A DNA stretch of 64,000 bases from Octopus sinensis (GCF_006345805.1 NC_043004.1:68696001-68760000); one strand, 5' to 3'; shown: positions 51,250 to 63,757, counted from the stretch's first letter. Notes: generated by a model not told the origin, from the letters alone. Numbers and translations: made by a program.

Positions 51250-51530
51250 TGCCGTTCAAAAGGAAAAGATCCAGAGAATATGTCCAAAAACTGCGTGTAC
51301 TCCATCCCATGCAGCTGGGGTAGGTTATACAAAAGCGAAACATGTCGCCCTCTCAAAATAAGAGTCGAGTAACATCGCAAAGCTTTAACATGAGGAAATA
51401 TGAAAATCGGGTATAGCGAGCATATATGGAAAAATGGAGACCACCTTCCCTGTGGATGCTGTTAAAATAATAGCAGAAAAGACCGCTGGAGAAATACGAA
51501 ACTAAAAGAAGGAGGCACTTATGCTAGGAA
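51250..51530 (+). pseudogene. Penelope-like GIY-YIG endonuclease remnant
   Basis: From 51289: NCVYSIPCSWGRLYKSETCRPLKIRVE*HRKA, then (frameshifted) GIA.EHIWKNGDH and RKLKE, matching the PLE VY.IPC.CG..Y.GET.R.L..R..EH pattern. Confidence 0.8.
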
Positions 51531-51721
51531 CACAACAACCTCATAAGCAGATATGAATAGCATAGGGAATCTGTATTAAGGAAGGATAGGAAAAATATTA
51601 GATTATAAGCCCTAAAAATTCACCCATAATTGCTCACGGGCGTTATGGCATAGTGATTAAGAGCGCGAGCTACCAACCCCAAGATTCCGAGACATTAATA
51701 ATAATAATAATAACAACAACA

Positions 51722-51856
51722 ACAACATCGAAAAATACCTTAGGAATGAGAACCCAGGTTCGAAATTTCCCCAAGACACCTGATGCTGGCTGGAGCGTAT
51801 ATCAGCCGAAACGATATGTTAACAACAAACAAGATGAGGACAAATATCATCAAATA
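51722..51856 (+). mobile_element. Penelope-like pseudo-LTR fragment (family F) with mutated HHR at 51775-51820
   Basis: GACAC-CTGATGC-T-GGCTG..CAGCC-GAAA-CG-AT-ATGTT; homologous to 5690-5795. Confidence 0.7.
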
Positions 51857-52189
51857 TAAATAATATACATAGAACTGTATTAACGGCTTTCATATCCAGA
51901 TTTTCTTCCTTTCTTGTAAAGTAACTTTTGCTGTTGTAGCATCTCCTTGTTTAAATGCACCATCCGCTGGCAAGAAACTGTAAGTATTCAGAATCTTCAA
52001 AACTTATGGATTCCTGTTCACATTTGATGTTTAGATTGTATTAGTTGTCCAAGATGATTCAGTGGCGTTAAGTCTTATGGCTTATTGTTAAAAAAGATTT
52101 GTTTAATATTCCAACGTTAAGTGCACAATACACACCCACACATACACGCTCTCTCTCTCTCTCTCTCTCTCACACGCTCACATACGTGC

Positions 52190-52289
52190 NNNNNNNNNNN
52201 NNNNNNNNNNNNNNNNNNNNNNNNNNNNNNNNNNNNNNNNNNNNNNNNNNNNNNNNNNNNNNNNNNNNNNNNNNNNNNNNNNNNNNNNN
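52190..52289. other. Assembly gap (100 N)
   Basis: Run of exactly 100 N, usually a placeholder for a gap of unknown size. Confidence 1.
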
Positions 52290-52619
52290 ATGTTAAATAT
52301 TCATTCTGATTGAACTAGTACTTTCATGCATTGAATTCTGCAATCTTCGGGTTCATGTAGTAGTGTTGACAGTCATGCTTCACAATTTTGACTATATATA
52401 TATATATATATATAATATATATATATATCCAACGGGATTATTTTTCGAAAATAAAAACAAAAAGAAGCAATACAACAATTTTTTTATGTAAGAGAATAGT
52501 GATTTCGAAATATACTCAGTACAATATGCATACATAAAAACATATGAATACGTTAGGGAATAAATGAGAATCATAATATCTTAACAGGGTACGTTCTTAG
52601 CGCAAAAGATGTTGACATG

Positions 52620-54215
52620 TGTGATGGATAGTAATGGAATGAGAAGGATGAAATGAGCGACAATATTCTCCTATCTTATAGTTCTTTCACCTTCAACATT
52701 TGCTTGAGAGGGGAAAAACTTATCCGAATGTTTCTTTATGAAGCATCCTGAACTAATTGTAAACATGTCTTGTAATTTTTATGTTATGTTCATGATTTGG
52801 GTCCTTAGCAACAAGGATTCGCAGACCTTTTGCTGTAAGGGCCGACGTTTCAGCAACAATCTTTGCAGTTAATTTAAATGGAGTTGCTGATATTACTATA
52901 TTCGCGTTTGTATTCTCAGCTTGCGCTTGGTCAAACAGCATCAGCTCCTCATTAGATAGACTTTTTTCTATGGGACACAAACAGTTCATCCACATCGTCA
53001 TCTATGACTTACACTATTTGCAAATGTCACAAGAACTTTTCAAATTTGATGTAGACTTTCTCCTTGTGAAAACCTATAAAATCACAGATACAGTCTAACG
53101 ATATATTTTTCTAATCGGCATTCAATGTTGAGGGTTTTCCTTCATCCCATGACTCATATTATCCACAGTATCTATTAGTTTCAACTTCCTCCGGGTTTAA
53201 CCTCCCCATCAACTGATTCCATATGTTGTTTGGAAGTGCTCCGTATATAAAATAGCTGTCGTTACTTGATTCATTGGCTGAAGCAAACAAATTTTATTCT
53301 TGGGTATGTGTTCGACTCTCATCACATCAGAAATCCCATTTAAGTTCAATAGGACAAGAATGCTTGTAAACTATTCGAAAAGGCTCTTAGTCATCCATGC
53401 ATTCTTATTTAAATACTAAATCAGAGATAGATTAAAATTTGCGTAACTTTTGAAGGCCCTTGGATTTTTGAACTGATTGCCGAGTAACGGATTAGATTTC
53501 ATATTACCAGTGGCATTTCTCCCCAGAAGAAACGTCAGACGATTTTAGGAAACTTTAAATCCGGGGGTTGATTTTTCATTTCTAGGAATAAAAATTCTAG
53601 AAGGCATAAACTTCCAGAAAAGTGCAGTTTCATCAATATTGTATACTTTCTTTTGTATGGAACGCTCTTTGGCTATCATTTTCTTCAGCTGCTCAGAATA
53701 ATTAGAAGCAGACCGCATACCAACACTGGTAGCTTCACCAGCCAGTTGTGCAAATTCAAGCGCTTCTTAAACCTTCCACAGAAAAGCTTTACTTGATGCA
53801 AAAGGTTTTTCATCATAAATTTTGCCTTCCTTTTTCTGCAAACATCATACAAAGTTTGGGCTTTTTCTTATTTAATTGCCATCGAGCTTAATTGCTCATT
53901 ACGCTGAGTCTGATCTTCATGCAATACATTCAAAAGCCATTCCATTTTAAGCATCACATTAAATTTATGAAACAATAAGATCCAGGGTGATACCGAAGCA
54001 GCTACTTTGGCACTTGTCTTAATTTTTTCTCTACTGCCACGTATTGTTCCTACTGTAAAGGTTGCAAGCATAAATATTTTGATAATGTGATTGATTTTTT
54101 TTCCCTTTACATCAAGCCTTTTTAAAACAGCAAGTTTAATATCCAGTGTAATTACTTAACGGTTTCTTTTGGCATTATTACTTTCAGTTCCACTTGATGG
54201 TTTCTTTCCAGACAT
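52620..54215 (-). mobile_element. Tigger/pogo transposase remnant
   Basis: ATG at 54215 (MSGKKPSSG..ITLDIKL), then MEWLLNVLHEDQ (CENP-B HTH), FNIDETALFWKFMP, NPRAFK and LSNEELM; many stops and frameshifts. Confidence 0.85.
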
Positions 54216-55097
54216 CTTAAACTGTAAATAAATCTAACAGTGGTGGTGATCGACAATTATCCACAACAAATATGTAATATAGGCTATTAAGTTATAGCAT
54301 AAGGAAAGAACAGTTTTGTGAGCGCAAAAAGAAAACAGTTTTATTTCTATGAATGTAAGAATGGAAGTGAGAAAATAAAAGGGTGAAGCAGTGAAGTGGG
54401 CAGAATGAATGCAGGTTAGTTGAAGAGATACTAGGCTGATGAGCACTTGGCCTATTAGACCTCTCACATATACCATAAAAATCCCATACCCTATTCCCTC
54501 CCTCACCCTTTCTCTCACTCTTTCGCCTCTCTCTGTCTCTCTCATGCACAGACACACACACAACACACACATATTCACACAAACTCTGTTGTGTTAACAA
54601 AAAAAACATATCTAGCTATGGACGTTGCTATCAAGCAGATATTGTTATTGTTGCGTTCGTTAGTTAATCAAAACTTGCTAAGATGATACTGGTGGAATGT
54701 TGGCTGTATCAGTTTTGGTATTGATGATAGAGTTGATGGTGATGGTGGAGGCATTGTTGGTTTGGCAGTAGTCATAATGTTCTTATTAACTGTATTGTTG
54801 TTCTTGTTTAGTCTCAAGTCAATCCTCATTGATCTAAGATGAAAGACATTTCATTCAACTTTAAAATAGACTTGGGTATCTCATTATCTCATGTGCTTCT
54901 CATTTTATTTTGGACGGAGTTGCTTATCTTCTTCGTGATGTTGTGTTGTTCTTGTGGTTGCTGTTGTTGATCATTAAGTAGTTGTTGGGTTGGTAATAGC
55001 AGTGGTTTTATTGGTTTTGATGTTATGATGGGTGAGTTGGTGTGGCTCAGAAATATGAGTGGTAGTAGAGGTTGATTTATATATAGAGAGAGAGATA

Positions 55098-55100
55098 GCA

Positions 55101-55165
<65 letters not shown>

Positions 55166-55270
55166 GATAGATGATAGATAGTAGATAGATAGATAGATAA
55201 TAGAATGATAGTATATAGATAGATAGATAGATAGATAGATAGAAAGATAGATAGATAGATAGATAATAGA
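55098..55270. repeat. (GATA)n tract flanking the 3' end of the Tx1-like LINE
   Basis: Directly visible. Confidence 0.95.
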
Positions 55271-55665
55271 TATGTTTCTTTATTACCCACAGGGCTGCAC
55301 ACAGATAGAACAATTACAAGGTAGAGCTTTTCTTTTGAAGGTATTAAAAAAAAAAAAAAAAAAAGGAAGGGGGAGGTTCGATCAAAAGGGATCGTAAAAG
55401 GAGAGAAAGAGGACAAAATAAGGGGGGTTAAAAAAAAAAAAAAAAAGGGGGGGGGGAGAGGAAAAAAAAAATCAATAGGGATCGTTATCACAGAAATGTC
55501 AATATGAAGTGTAAGGGGAGGACAGGTGAGGTTTACCCATGGAAAGAAAAGCCTGCGGAAAAGACCACGGTAACCTCGGTCAATGAAGTCACATTTTATA
55601 TTTCTTTTTTTTTTTTTTTTTTTTTTTTTTGCAAATAAGCAACTCTCTGTTTTCGATTTCTGGGT

Positions 55666-58600
55666 TCATAGGACTATGCTCAAGGTGGCTTCGTCATTCA
55701 TACGTGCCATTCTTGCTACATTCACCCATCTTTTTTTAAAACATTCGCTAGACAAACTTGCCTCTCTACTCTCACTTTCCTTTTCAAGTGGTACTTGAAG
55801 AAGTTGATGAGAGATTGACCAGAGAGGAAAGTGTTTGTCTCCAATCCTTTCAGACGCGTCCACCAGATACATTCTTTCGCCATAGCCACAAGGATGATGA
55901 AATAGCTCTTCCTTCCCGTTTGAAGGAAGGAGGCGTGACAATATTGACGATAGACTCAGCTGATAAACCCGACTCGTCCCACACGTGACAGCAGTTGTTC
56001 GACATAAGCCCACAGGTCGGAAATTGTTGGACACTGAACGAGTGCGTGCAGAACGGTTTCGTCGCTCTGACCGCATCTCGGGCAGGTCGGCCCCGTGTTT
56101 CTCGAGCCGTGTCTGTAGAGCTTATCCCGAACGGGTAGCGCTTCTCGGTAGCACTGCCAGGCCAGGGATCTCTGGAAGTTGTCCATGGGCCCTGGCCCGA
56201 AAGTCGTCCCGAACAGGCGGGTCAGGTACTCCTCGTCGACGTCCAGGTTCGCCCCGAGCTCGTCGTCGTACCTCCCCTCCACTAAACCCCTATAGAATGC
56301 TTTGGTTGTGTTGAAGTCACTTAAGGTCGACCCAGGACGGCAGAGTTGCTTGAGAGCAACGCGACACTCGCGGTGCCATTCGCCCTTCCTCGGCCTCTTT
56401 TTGATCCACGACTGCAGTTCGGTCATGGAGACGAGCTGCGGGAAAGCGTGCCTCACAAACGGCGACCACACCTGTTCACCGTCGTCTACATAGAGCCAGA
56501 GATGTCGCAGTCTCAGCGCGTTCTGCGCATCATCAACCACGGCATGCCCAGCCCTCCTTTTAACGGTGTTGACAGCAAATGGATCGCCTGACCATCGGGA
56601 CGCATCCTTTCCACAAGAAGCGAAAGAGGATGCGTTGTAGTTTGGTGATGGTAGGGTCGGGACAGGTACGACGGTCAGGCGGTAGTAGATGACGGACGCG
56701 ATGTACGTGTTCGCCACCTCCGCTCGACCTTTTAGGGACAGTTTTCCTCTCGGCCCATTGCCGGGCGAGAGTGACCACCCTACTCGTTATCTCGTTCCAG
56801 TTCTTCTCCACTTGGAGGTCCGGACCAAACCAGACCCCGAGCAACTCAACCGGGCCGTCGGTCCAGCGTCCCACGACGGAGGCGCTGGTGGACGGCATGG
56901 GCTTGCTTCTCCAGGTGCCTAGTCGCAAGCCCACTGACTTTTCCCGTTGATTTTCGCTCCTGTCACCGCTTCGTAGTTTTTCAGTGTCTCGCCGACCAGC
57001 TCGATGTGCTCGTGGCTAGACACTATGACGGTGACGTCGTCCGCGTATGCAGACACGCTCGTCCCGCATCCCAATTCTCGCGGGATGCCCCTTAGAGTCG
57101 CCAGCTTCCGCAGTAGTGGCTCAAGAGTCAATACGTATAGAGCGCCGAGAGGGGGCATCCCTGACGGACCGAACGTGCAATGTCGAAAGGTCTCGATAGA
57201 TGTCCATTTACGCGAATTACCGAACGGATGCCTCTGTACAAGGCAGCTATCCAGCCGCGGAAGACGGGACCGAAACCAGCCGCTCTCAGGACTGCCTCCA
57301 AGTATCGATGGTCTACCCTATCAAAGGCTTTTGATTGATCCAAGTTGATCAGGGCCCCACCCATGCCAGGTTCGTTAACTACCCTGTCTATGATGTAGCG
57401 CATCAGATGGAGGTTGTCATGGATGGTCCGGCCTGGCACGGCGCATGTTTGCGCCTTGTCGACCAGTTTCTCGATGACAAGCGCCAACCTCTTGGCTAGC
57501 ACCTTGGCCAAAATTTTCAAGTCTGCATTAAGCAGAGTGATGGGCCTAAAGTTATCTATTACATTTCCCTTTTTTAGATCTTTCTTCAGCAGTGTTACGG
57601 CGCTCCTCGGCTCACAAAACCAGGAATGCTCCCGTTTTGCTGCCAGTTGCAGTACACCGCCGCCAAGAGATCTCCAAACAAGTCTGGCATACAATTGTAA
57701 AGCTCGTAGGGTAGACCATCCAAACCCGGTGATTTGTCCCTCGAGCATTCTGCCATCGCTTCCCGCACTTCCGCCGCCGTGATGGCACCTTCGCAGCACC
57801 CTGCCTTTCTTGTCGAGAGTCGTGGTAGGCTATGTAGGTAGGCACTGAAGTCCACCCTACGTTCTTGCCCTCCACTCGTTCCGAACAGTCGGGGCAAAAT
57901 GCTGCTGAAAGGCCTCACACATTTTACTTGGCTCGAGCAATTCGCGCCCCTGTTCATCTACCAGTGACCGAATGGTGGCTTTGTTGCCCTGTTGCGCCTC
58001 TGCCACCCGGCCTCTCTCGCGGCTCCAACACCTTCGTTCCTTAGAGCACGCATCCTCCTAGCTCTGACAGCACATCCTTCGTGTTTGGCGTTGAAGTGTT
58101 GGTCGAGGGCCAACCTCGCCGCCAAAACGTCGGATGCGATGCCGCTTCTAATTGCCTCTTCTAGCTTCTTAACTAGCTCACCCTCTACTCTATTTCTATC
58201 TATGGCTAGTGCTTTGCTGTACCTAATCGCTTCTGCTTTTACTGCTCTCTTGAGGGCAAACCACCATTTGTTGTTGATGATGGCTCCCGTCAAAGCCCTC
58301 TTTACTAGTGTGCTAATCCGGTCTCTGAAACTTGTCTCGATGGGAAAGACGCGTTTAGTTTCCAGTATCCGGGACCCTGCCTAAGTGTCTTACCTAAGTC
58401 TAGCGTACATGTCACAAGTTTGTGATCCGTGTAGCTGACTATGTGGAATTGTGGACATCCTATGCTATCTCTATCTACTGTCCTACACAGTATCCTATCT
58501 AGATACGATCTCGACGACCCGATGCGGTTGCTCCATGTCCACGTTGGCGCATTCGGGTGGTCTAGTCGAAACCTGTCAGACAGTTGAAAGCGTCTGAGCA

Positions 58601-59099
58601 GGTCTCTGAGGCATTTGCATCCCCGTCTATTCCTATCTCTACCCACGTAGTCTACATGCGTGTCCAAGGTAGCATTCCAATCCCCCACTAAGAGTAAAGG
58701 ACGAGACGTTCCCAAGAACTTCTAGACGTTGAAAGAAATCCGCCCGACCTGTTAAGGGCGGTGCGTAAACTGATACGAGCCGAAAAGCGCACCCATTGCT
58801 GCCGTCGACATCCAGGACGACCAGTCTACCCTCCGGGTCTACGAATATTGTCCTTACATTGAGATCCAGACTCTTGTGAAAAAGTACCGCGGTGCCACTA
58901 CCGCCCATTCTCGGCAGACAGGGGGAAAAATAAATGTTGAACTGTCCGCCAAACATGGTCTTTAGGGCCCGCGGATTGTGGAGTCTGGTCTCGCTTATGG
59001 CTATGATTTCTAACTTATGTGACTTTATGTCATTTAAGAGGTACCCTTGTTTCCAAGGGACCCCAAGCCACGCGCATTTACACAACCAATCTTGATCAT
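55666..59099 (-). pseudogene. Tx1-like ORF2 (APE endonuclease, reverse transcriptase, C-terminal zinc finger), frameshifted
   Basis: Starts MIKIGCVNARGLGS (ATG 59099). Motifs ISETRL, GDWNA, SYLDRI, TDHKLV, NFRPITLLNADLKILAK, DQSKAFDRVDH, VRQGCPLS, YADD, CPRCGQSDETVLHALVQC. Confidence 0.92.
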
Positions 59100-59130
59100 A
59101 GTTCTAATGAATTAGAATACAGAGGGTTAC

Positions 59131-61149
59131 TTACTGCTCGAAAGTTTTTGCTTTCTCCTCCGTTGGTTTGTCCTCGAGAAGATCCCAGTACAGTTTCTTT
59201 GTGAGATATTTTTGGCATTTACCAACCGCACTGGGGAAAATGCCTTTGAGTGTGTGGTGCAGACTTTTGGAGATGTGTATTATTTTGATGTGGTCTGGTG
59301 GTGTTGTGTATGGGTGGTTGTTTGTTTTTATGTCATCTTCTGTTATGTTTGTTTTTGATTGGATGTATTCCATCAAATTTGTGTTTTTGGTGTCTATGGC
59401 TGTGAGCATGTTTGCTGTATATGTTTTTTTGGTGGTGGTGTGGCTGTTGTTTGCGTTGGGTTTTGAAATGTCTTCGGGAGATGTATTTCCCCCTGCTTTG
59501 TTCGTGTTTTGCATTTGGTTTGGTTGTTTTCTGCTCTTTATTTTCCTTCTTTTTGTAGCTATTTGCCATTCCTCACTGGTTTCGTCTTCCGACGAAATTT
59601 CTGAGGAATCAGAAGGGGGTAGGGGTATGTTGTGGGCTTCTATGTATGTCTGTGTAAGTGGTTGTGTTGTTGTTTTCGTTGTTGTTGGTTGTTGAGTGTT
59701 TGTGTGTGTTGAGTGCGGTATAAGGGATGGGGGATCAGTTTGTGTGTGTTTTCTTTGTTTTTCTGTTCCTTTTTGGTTTTGCTGTTGATGGTAGTGTTGG
59801 TATTTTTCCAGGTGTCGAGTGGTTTTTGGTTGATGACGGATTAGCTTGGTGTGCTTCTCTTGTCGTCTTCTGTGTTGATGGTGGTGTGGGTAGTAGAGCT
59901 TTTTTTCCGGAGTGCTTTGGTTGTGGTAGTGGTTGTTGTTGTTGCTCTTGGTGTGCAGTGGTTGGGCACGTCTTTTTCAAGTGTGTTTCGCTTCCACACA
60001 AATAGCAGCGTGGTCGCCTGCCCTCTACCACTATATAGAGTTTGTAGCCTCCTGGCAGTTCTATAGCGGTGGGTATCTTCTCTCTTGCTGCTTCATCCAA
60101 TTGAAGCAGGAATTCGATTGATTTGCCCACATAGTCTTTCTCTCCTAGAACCGCGATTTCCAGGATGTTTGTCTCTGACATTGTCTCTGACATTTCAAAG
60201 CAGATGGCAGAGACCACCCATTGTGTTTCGACATCAAATGGTATGTTTTTTATTTGGACTTTCGTGACCCTTTTGTTTAAATAGACTGGTATCATTACCA
60301 AGTCGTCCGAATGTAGCTCCAATGTGGAAAAACGTTTTGCTAAACTTTCGTTGAGGAAACGTACTTGGACTGTACCAAATTTGTTTCCCCAACTGATATA
60401 TTCCTTGGAGTCCCATACAGGACGAAGGCATTTATCGATTTTTTCCTGCGGTGCATTTTCTGTTCTTCTTGTTTTTTTGTTTATTACTTTATAAATTATT
60501 GTTTTTTTTTGCGTGTTTTCCACGATGTGTTGTGGAATATGAAGGTGCAATTTGTCTCCTTCTTTGGAGAAGAGTGCCTTTGTGCGGTTTATCTCTTGTG
60601 TGGTGAATGTTACAATTGTTCTTTTTTGTTTTGTTACGTCCGCAAAATTCGTTTTGAATTTGGCAGTAGAAGTGTTAATTGTGGCAGTGTTAATTGAAGT
60701 CATGGTAGTGGTGTTGGTGTTGGCGGTATTAGCAGCAGAAGGCTTGGATGTAGCATTTGACGTCGTAGTAGTGGTGTTGTGTTGGCGGTGTTGTCTTTGG
60801 TAGGCGGCTTTGTGCCAATTTCGTTGTTGTTGTTGTTGTTGGTGGTGATGGTGGTGTGCTGGCATTCATGTTTTCGTTTTATTCATTTTTGAAATCCCTT
60901 TCTCTCTTTCTCTGTCCCTTTATCATCAACAAGTGGTGTGGGGAGTGAGGGGAAATCTAAGTTAATGTCTTTGGTCGCGGCGATGGTGAATGCGACGTTA
61001 GATTTGTTGTTGTTGTTGTTGGTGGTGGTGATGGTGGTGACAGCGGTGTTCACGCTGCGATGTTTAGCAGCTAGTGGTAGCAATAGTGTTTTGCTACCGT
61101 TCTGCATGACTGGCGGGCTAGCCACGTGGTTTCTAGTTGCCATTTTCAA
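59131..61149 (-). pseudogene. Tx1-like ORF1 (RRM-like region plus CCHC zinc knuckle, low-complexity flanks), two apparent frameshifts
   Basis: ORF pieces 60883-61149, 59735-60865 and 59131-59514 join with frameshifts near 60870 and 59740; KVQIKNIPFDV and EGRRPRCYLCGSETHLKKTC. Confidence 0.85.
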
Positions 61150-61361
61150 AATGAAAAATGGCTAAAAAACCCACGAAAGTTTTGAAAGTTTTTTTGTAAT
61201 TTCGCCCATACAGGGGCGGAATTCTACGTGAATAATTCTCAGGTTTTTTAGTGAATGAATTTGCACAACGATTAAAACAAAATATTTGACAACAAGGAGT
61301 TTTAAACATGTAAAAGTGGCCAACTTACTTGGAGCCGATATGACTAGCGTCCGTCCATGTG

Positions 61362-61394
<33 letters not shown>

Positions 61395-61395
61395 T

Positions 61396-61430
<35 letters not shown>

Positions 61431-61448
61431 ATAGATAATAGATAGATA

Positions 61449-61481
<33 letters not shown>

Positions 61482-61640
61482 AGATAGAATAGAATAGGTA
61501 GGTAGTATGTATGTAGGTAGTAGGTAGTAGATAGGTAGTAGGTAAGGTAGTAAGGTAGGTAGGTAGATAGAGATAGATAGATAGATAGATGATAGAATAG
61601 ATAGATAGATAATAGATAGTAGATATATAGAATAGATAAC
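61362..61640. repeat. (GATA)n/(GGTA)n tract flanking the 5' end of the Tx1-like LINE
   Basis: Directly visible. Confidence 0.95.
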
Positions 61641-62093
61641 GCTTCAGACCAGAATTATACCAACAATATTCCTATGAAAAGTTACAACACCATTTTGCAA
61701 GTATTTACAGTGACTTATACGCAAGCACTTACATTCACACACATTCATATACATAGGTAAGTGTGTGCATGTACGTGTATGAGTGTTTGTGCGTCTGTAG
61801 TATCGTGGTAATAGTTTTTCCATTTTTTTTAAATTGTTAACTATACTTTGATCTTAGCTAAAACATCAAGGAGCGGCTGAGAAGAAAATGTAGTTTTAAA
61901 ATTGTTAAAAATCATCCGAGTTTCTGTATGGCCGAAATTACAAGCCATTCTTTAAAGAAAACAGTCATACTTTACAAATGCCGTGAGGGCAAAATTTCGT
62001 AAGTTTAGGTAGCCGTAACGCGAGAGCTACGCGCACATATTGTTTTTTTTTGTTTTTTTTTCTAGTTTCAGCTCAGAGCTGCGGCCATGCTGA

Positions 62094-62137
<44 letters not shown>

Positions 62138-62279
62138 TATATATATATATATACACTAAACTATTTATATATATTCGCAGGCGTGGTTATGTGGTAAGAA
62201 ACTTGCGTCCTAATCACGTGGTTCGATTCAGTCAAGTGTCTTCTACTATAGCGTCAGGCTAACCAAAGTGCATATCTGA

Positions 62280-62313
<34 letters not shown>

Positions 62314-62659
62314 TTATATACATACCACATACATACATACATACACATATATTATATTATATATATATATTAATATATATATATATATATGTATTCATGT
62401 ATGTATGTATAAATCCAACCTTACATACATACAAACAGACGGTCGGACGAATGTATAGATTTGCTTATCATACACGAGGAATTACCTTGGACGTTAATTC
62501 TACTCAAATATATTGGTGTTTGATTGTTTGATATAGTCAATCGAATTCAGTTAACATTGAATGTCTTATAGATATCTACGAGGATTTATTAATCCCTTTT
62601 ACTTTACTTATCTATCTGTCTGTCTATCTATCTCTATCTCTCTCTTTCTCTCTTTCCCC

Positions 62660-62715
<56 letters not shown>

Positions 62716-62857
62716 CTTTTTTGCGGGAAGGAATATCTTGAAACACACATAAGGCTATAAATAACAGCATGTAAATATTCGAACTCCCACGTGTAGCCTT
62801 AAACTTTTTGTGTTCAAAAGGGATTTTCAACCCCTTATTTAAATGCAATCATTTATA

Positions 62858-63757
62858 CGAGGTGTTATCAAAAAGTACCCAGTCTAGTTATGTTTAATAA
62901 AAAATAACTTATTTACCAAAGTTTTAACATCACCTCCTTCGAAATAGTCACTTTGCATACCAATATACCTGTCCCACCATTCATACCACTTTTGGAATCC
63001 GGCCTGGAGTTCGTTTCCGTAAGCGAGTAGAGGACTTTCTGCGAATCGCTCTTGATCTCGACCTCATAGTGTTAAAATGGCGACCTTTGAGCTGCTTTTC
63101 ATCTTGGGAAAGAGTTGGATATCCGCAGGTGGTGAATCTGGCGGATAGAGTGGATGCGGGAGTGATACTATGTTGTTTTTGGCGAGAAACTCATGAGGGA
63201 GGAGAATTCGGTTACAATGTCGGTTGTCATCGTGAAGAATCCAATTCTTCGCGCTCTACAGATCCTAATTCCTCCTTTAAACGCTTCAAAGCATCATTGA
63301 TTGTCCTCCGTCGATCCTCATGCACAAACTGGTGAATTTTCTCCAATTTTCTGGAGGTGACTCTCGTCGTAGGTCTCCAGATCGCTTATCGTCTTCCAGC
63401 GACGTTCTTCCGCTTTTGAAGCGCCTGTGCCACTCGAAACATTGCTTCGGCCCATTGCCTCGTCGCCGTAAGCTGACCGAAGCATGCTCAGTGTATCTGT
63501 AACAAACTTCCCAGGATTAGTGCAAAATTTCACGTTAGCTCTTTGTTCCAGCTCCCTGTCCATGGCAAAAATCGCAGACTATAGCATACACGTGATCATT
63601 AAAACACAAATTTCACAACTTGGAAAGTAAACACAGCGATATCACACAGAACACTGCCGCATGAAGGCCACTGTAAGATCTTACTGTGCATGCAATCGTG
63701 TGCTGCCATCTGTTGCGTGCTACAGAACTAGGCCGCGAACTTTTTGTTTTCTTCGAG
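62858..63757 (-). mobile_element. Internally deleted mariner element
   Basis: TA-cgaggtgttatcaaaaagt terminus. Minus ORF MDRELEQRANVKFC..TLSMLRSAYGDEAM is fused to WILHDDN..HPPADIQLFP. Confidence 0.85.

Larger units (their letters stand above)
55271..61361 (-). mobile_element. Full-length (~6.1 kb) Tx1/L1-clade non-LTR retrotransposon
   Basis: 5' UTR, ORF1 with CCHC knuckle, ORF2 with APE-RT-zf, and 3' UTR ending AATAAAGAAAC; (GATA)n on both sides. Confidence 0.93.

Noticed and set aside
51005-51250. Repeat-like segment upstream of the GIY-YIG remnant
   Set aside because: I could not assign a class or find diagnostic ends, so it is left unannotated.
55985-60803. Plus-strand ORFs overlapping the Tx1-like element (e.g. 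57414-57782, 59168-59695)
   Set aside because: Antisense shadows of the LINE ORFs, with no independent motifs.
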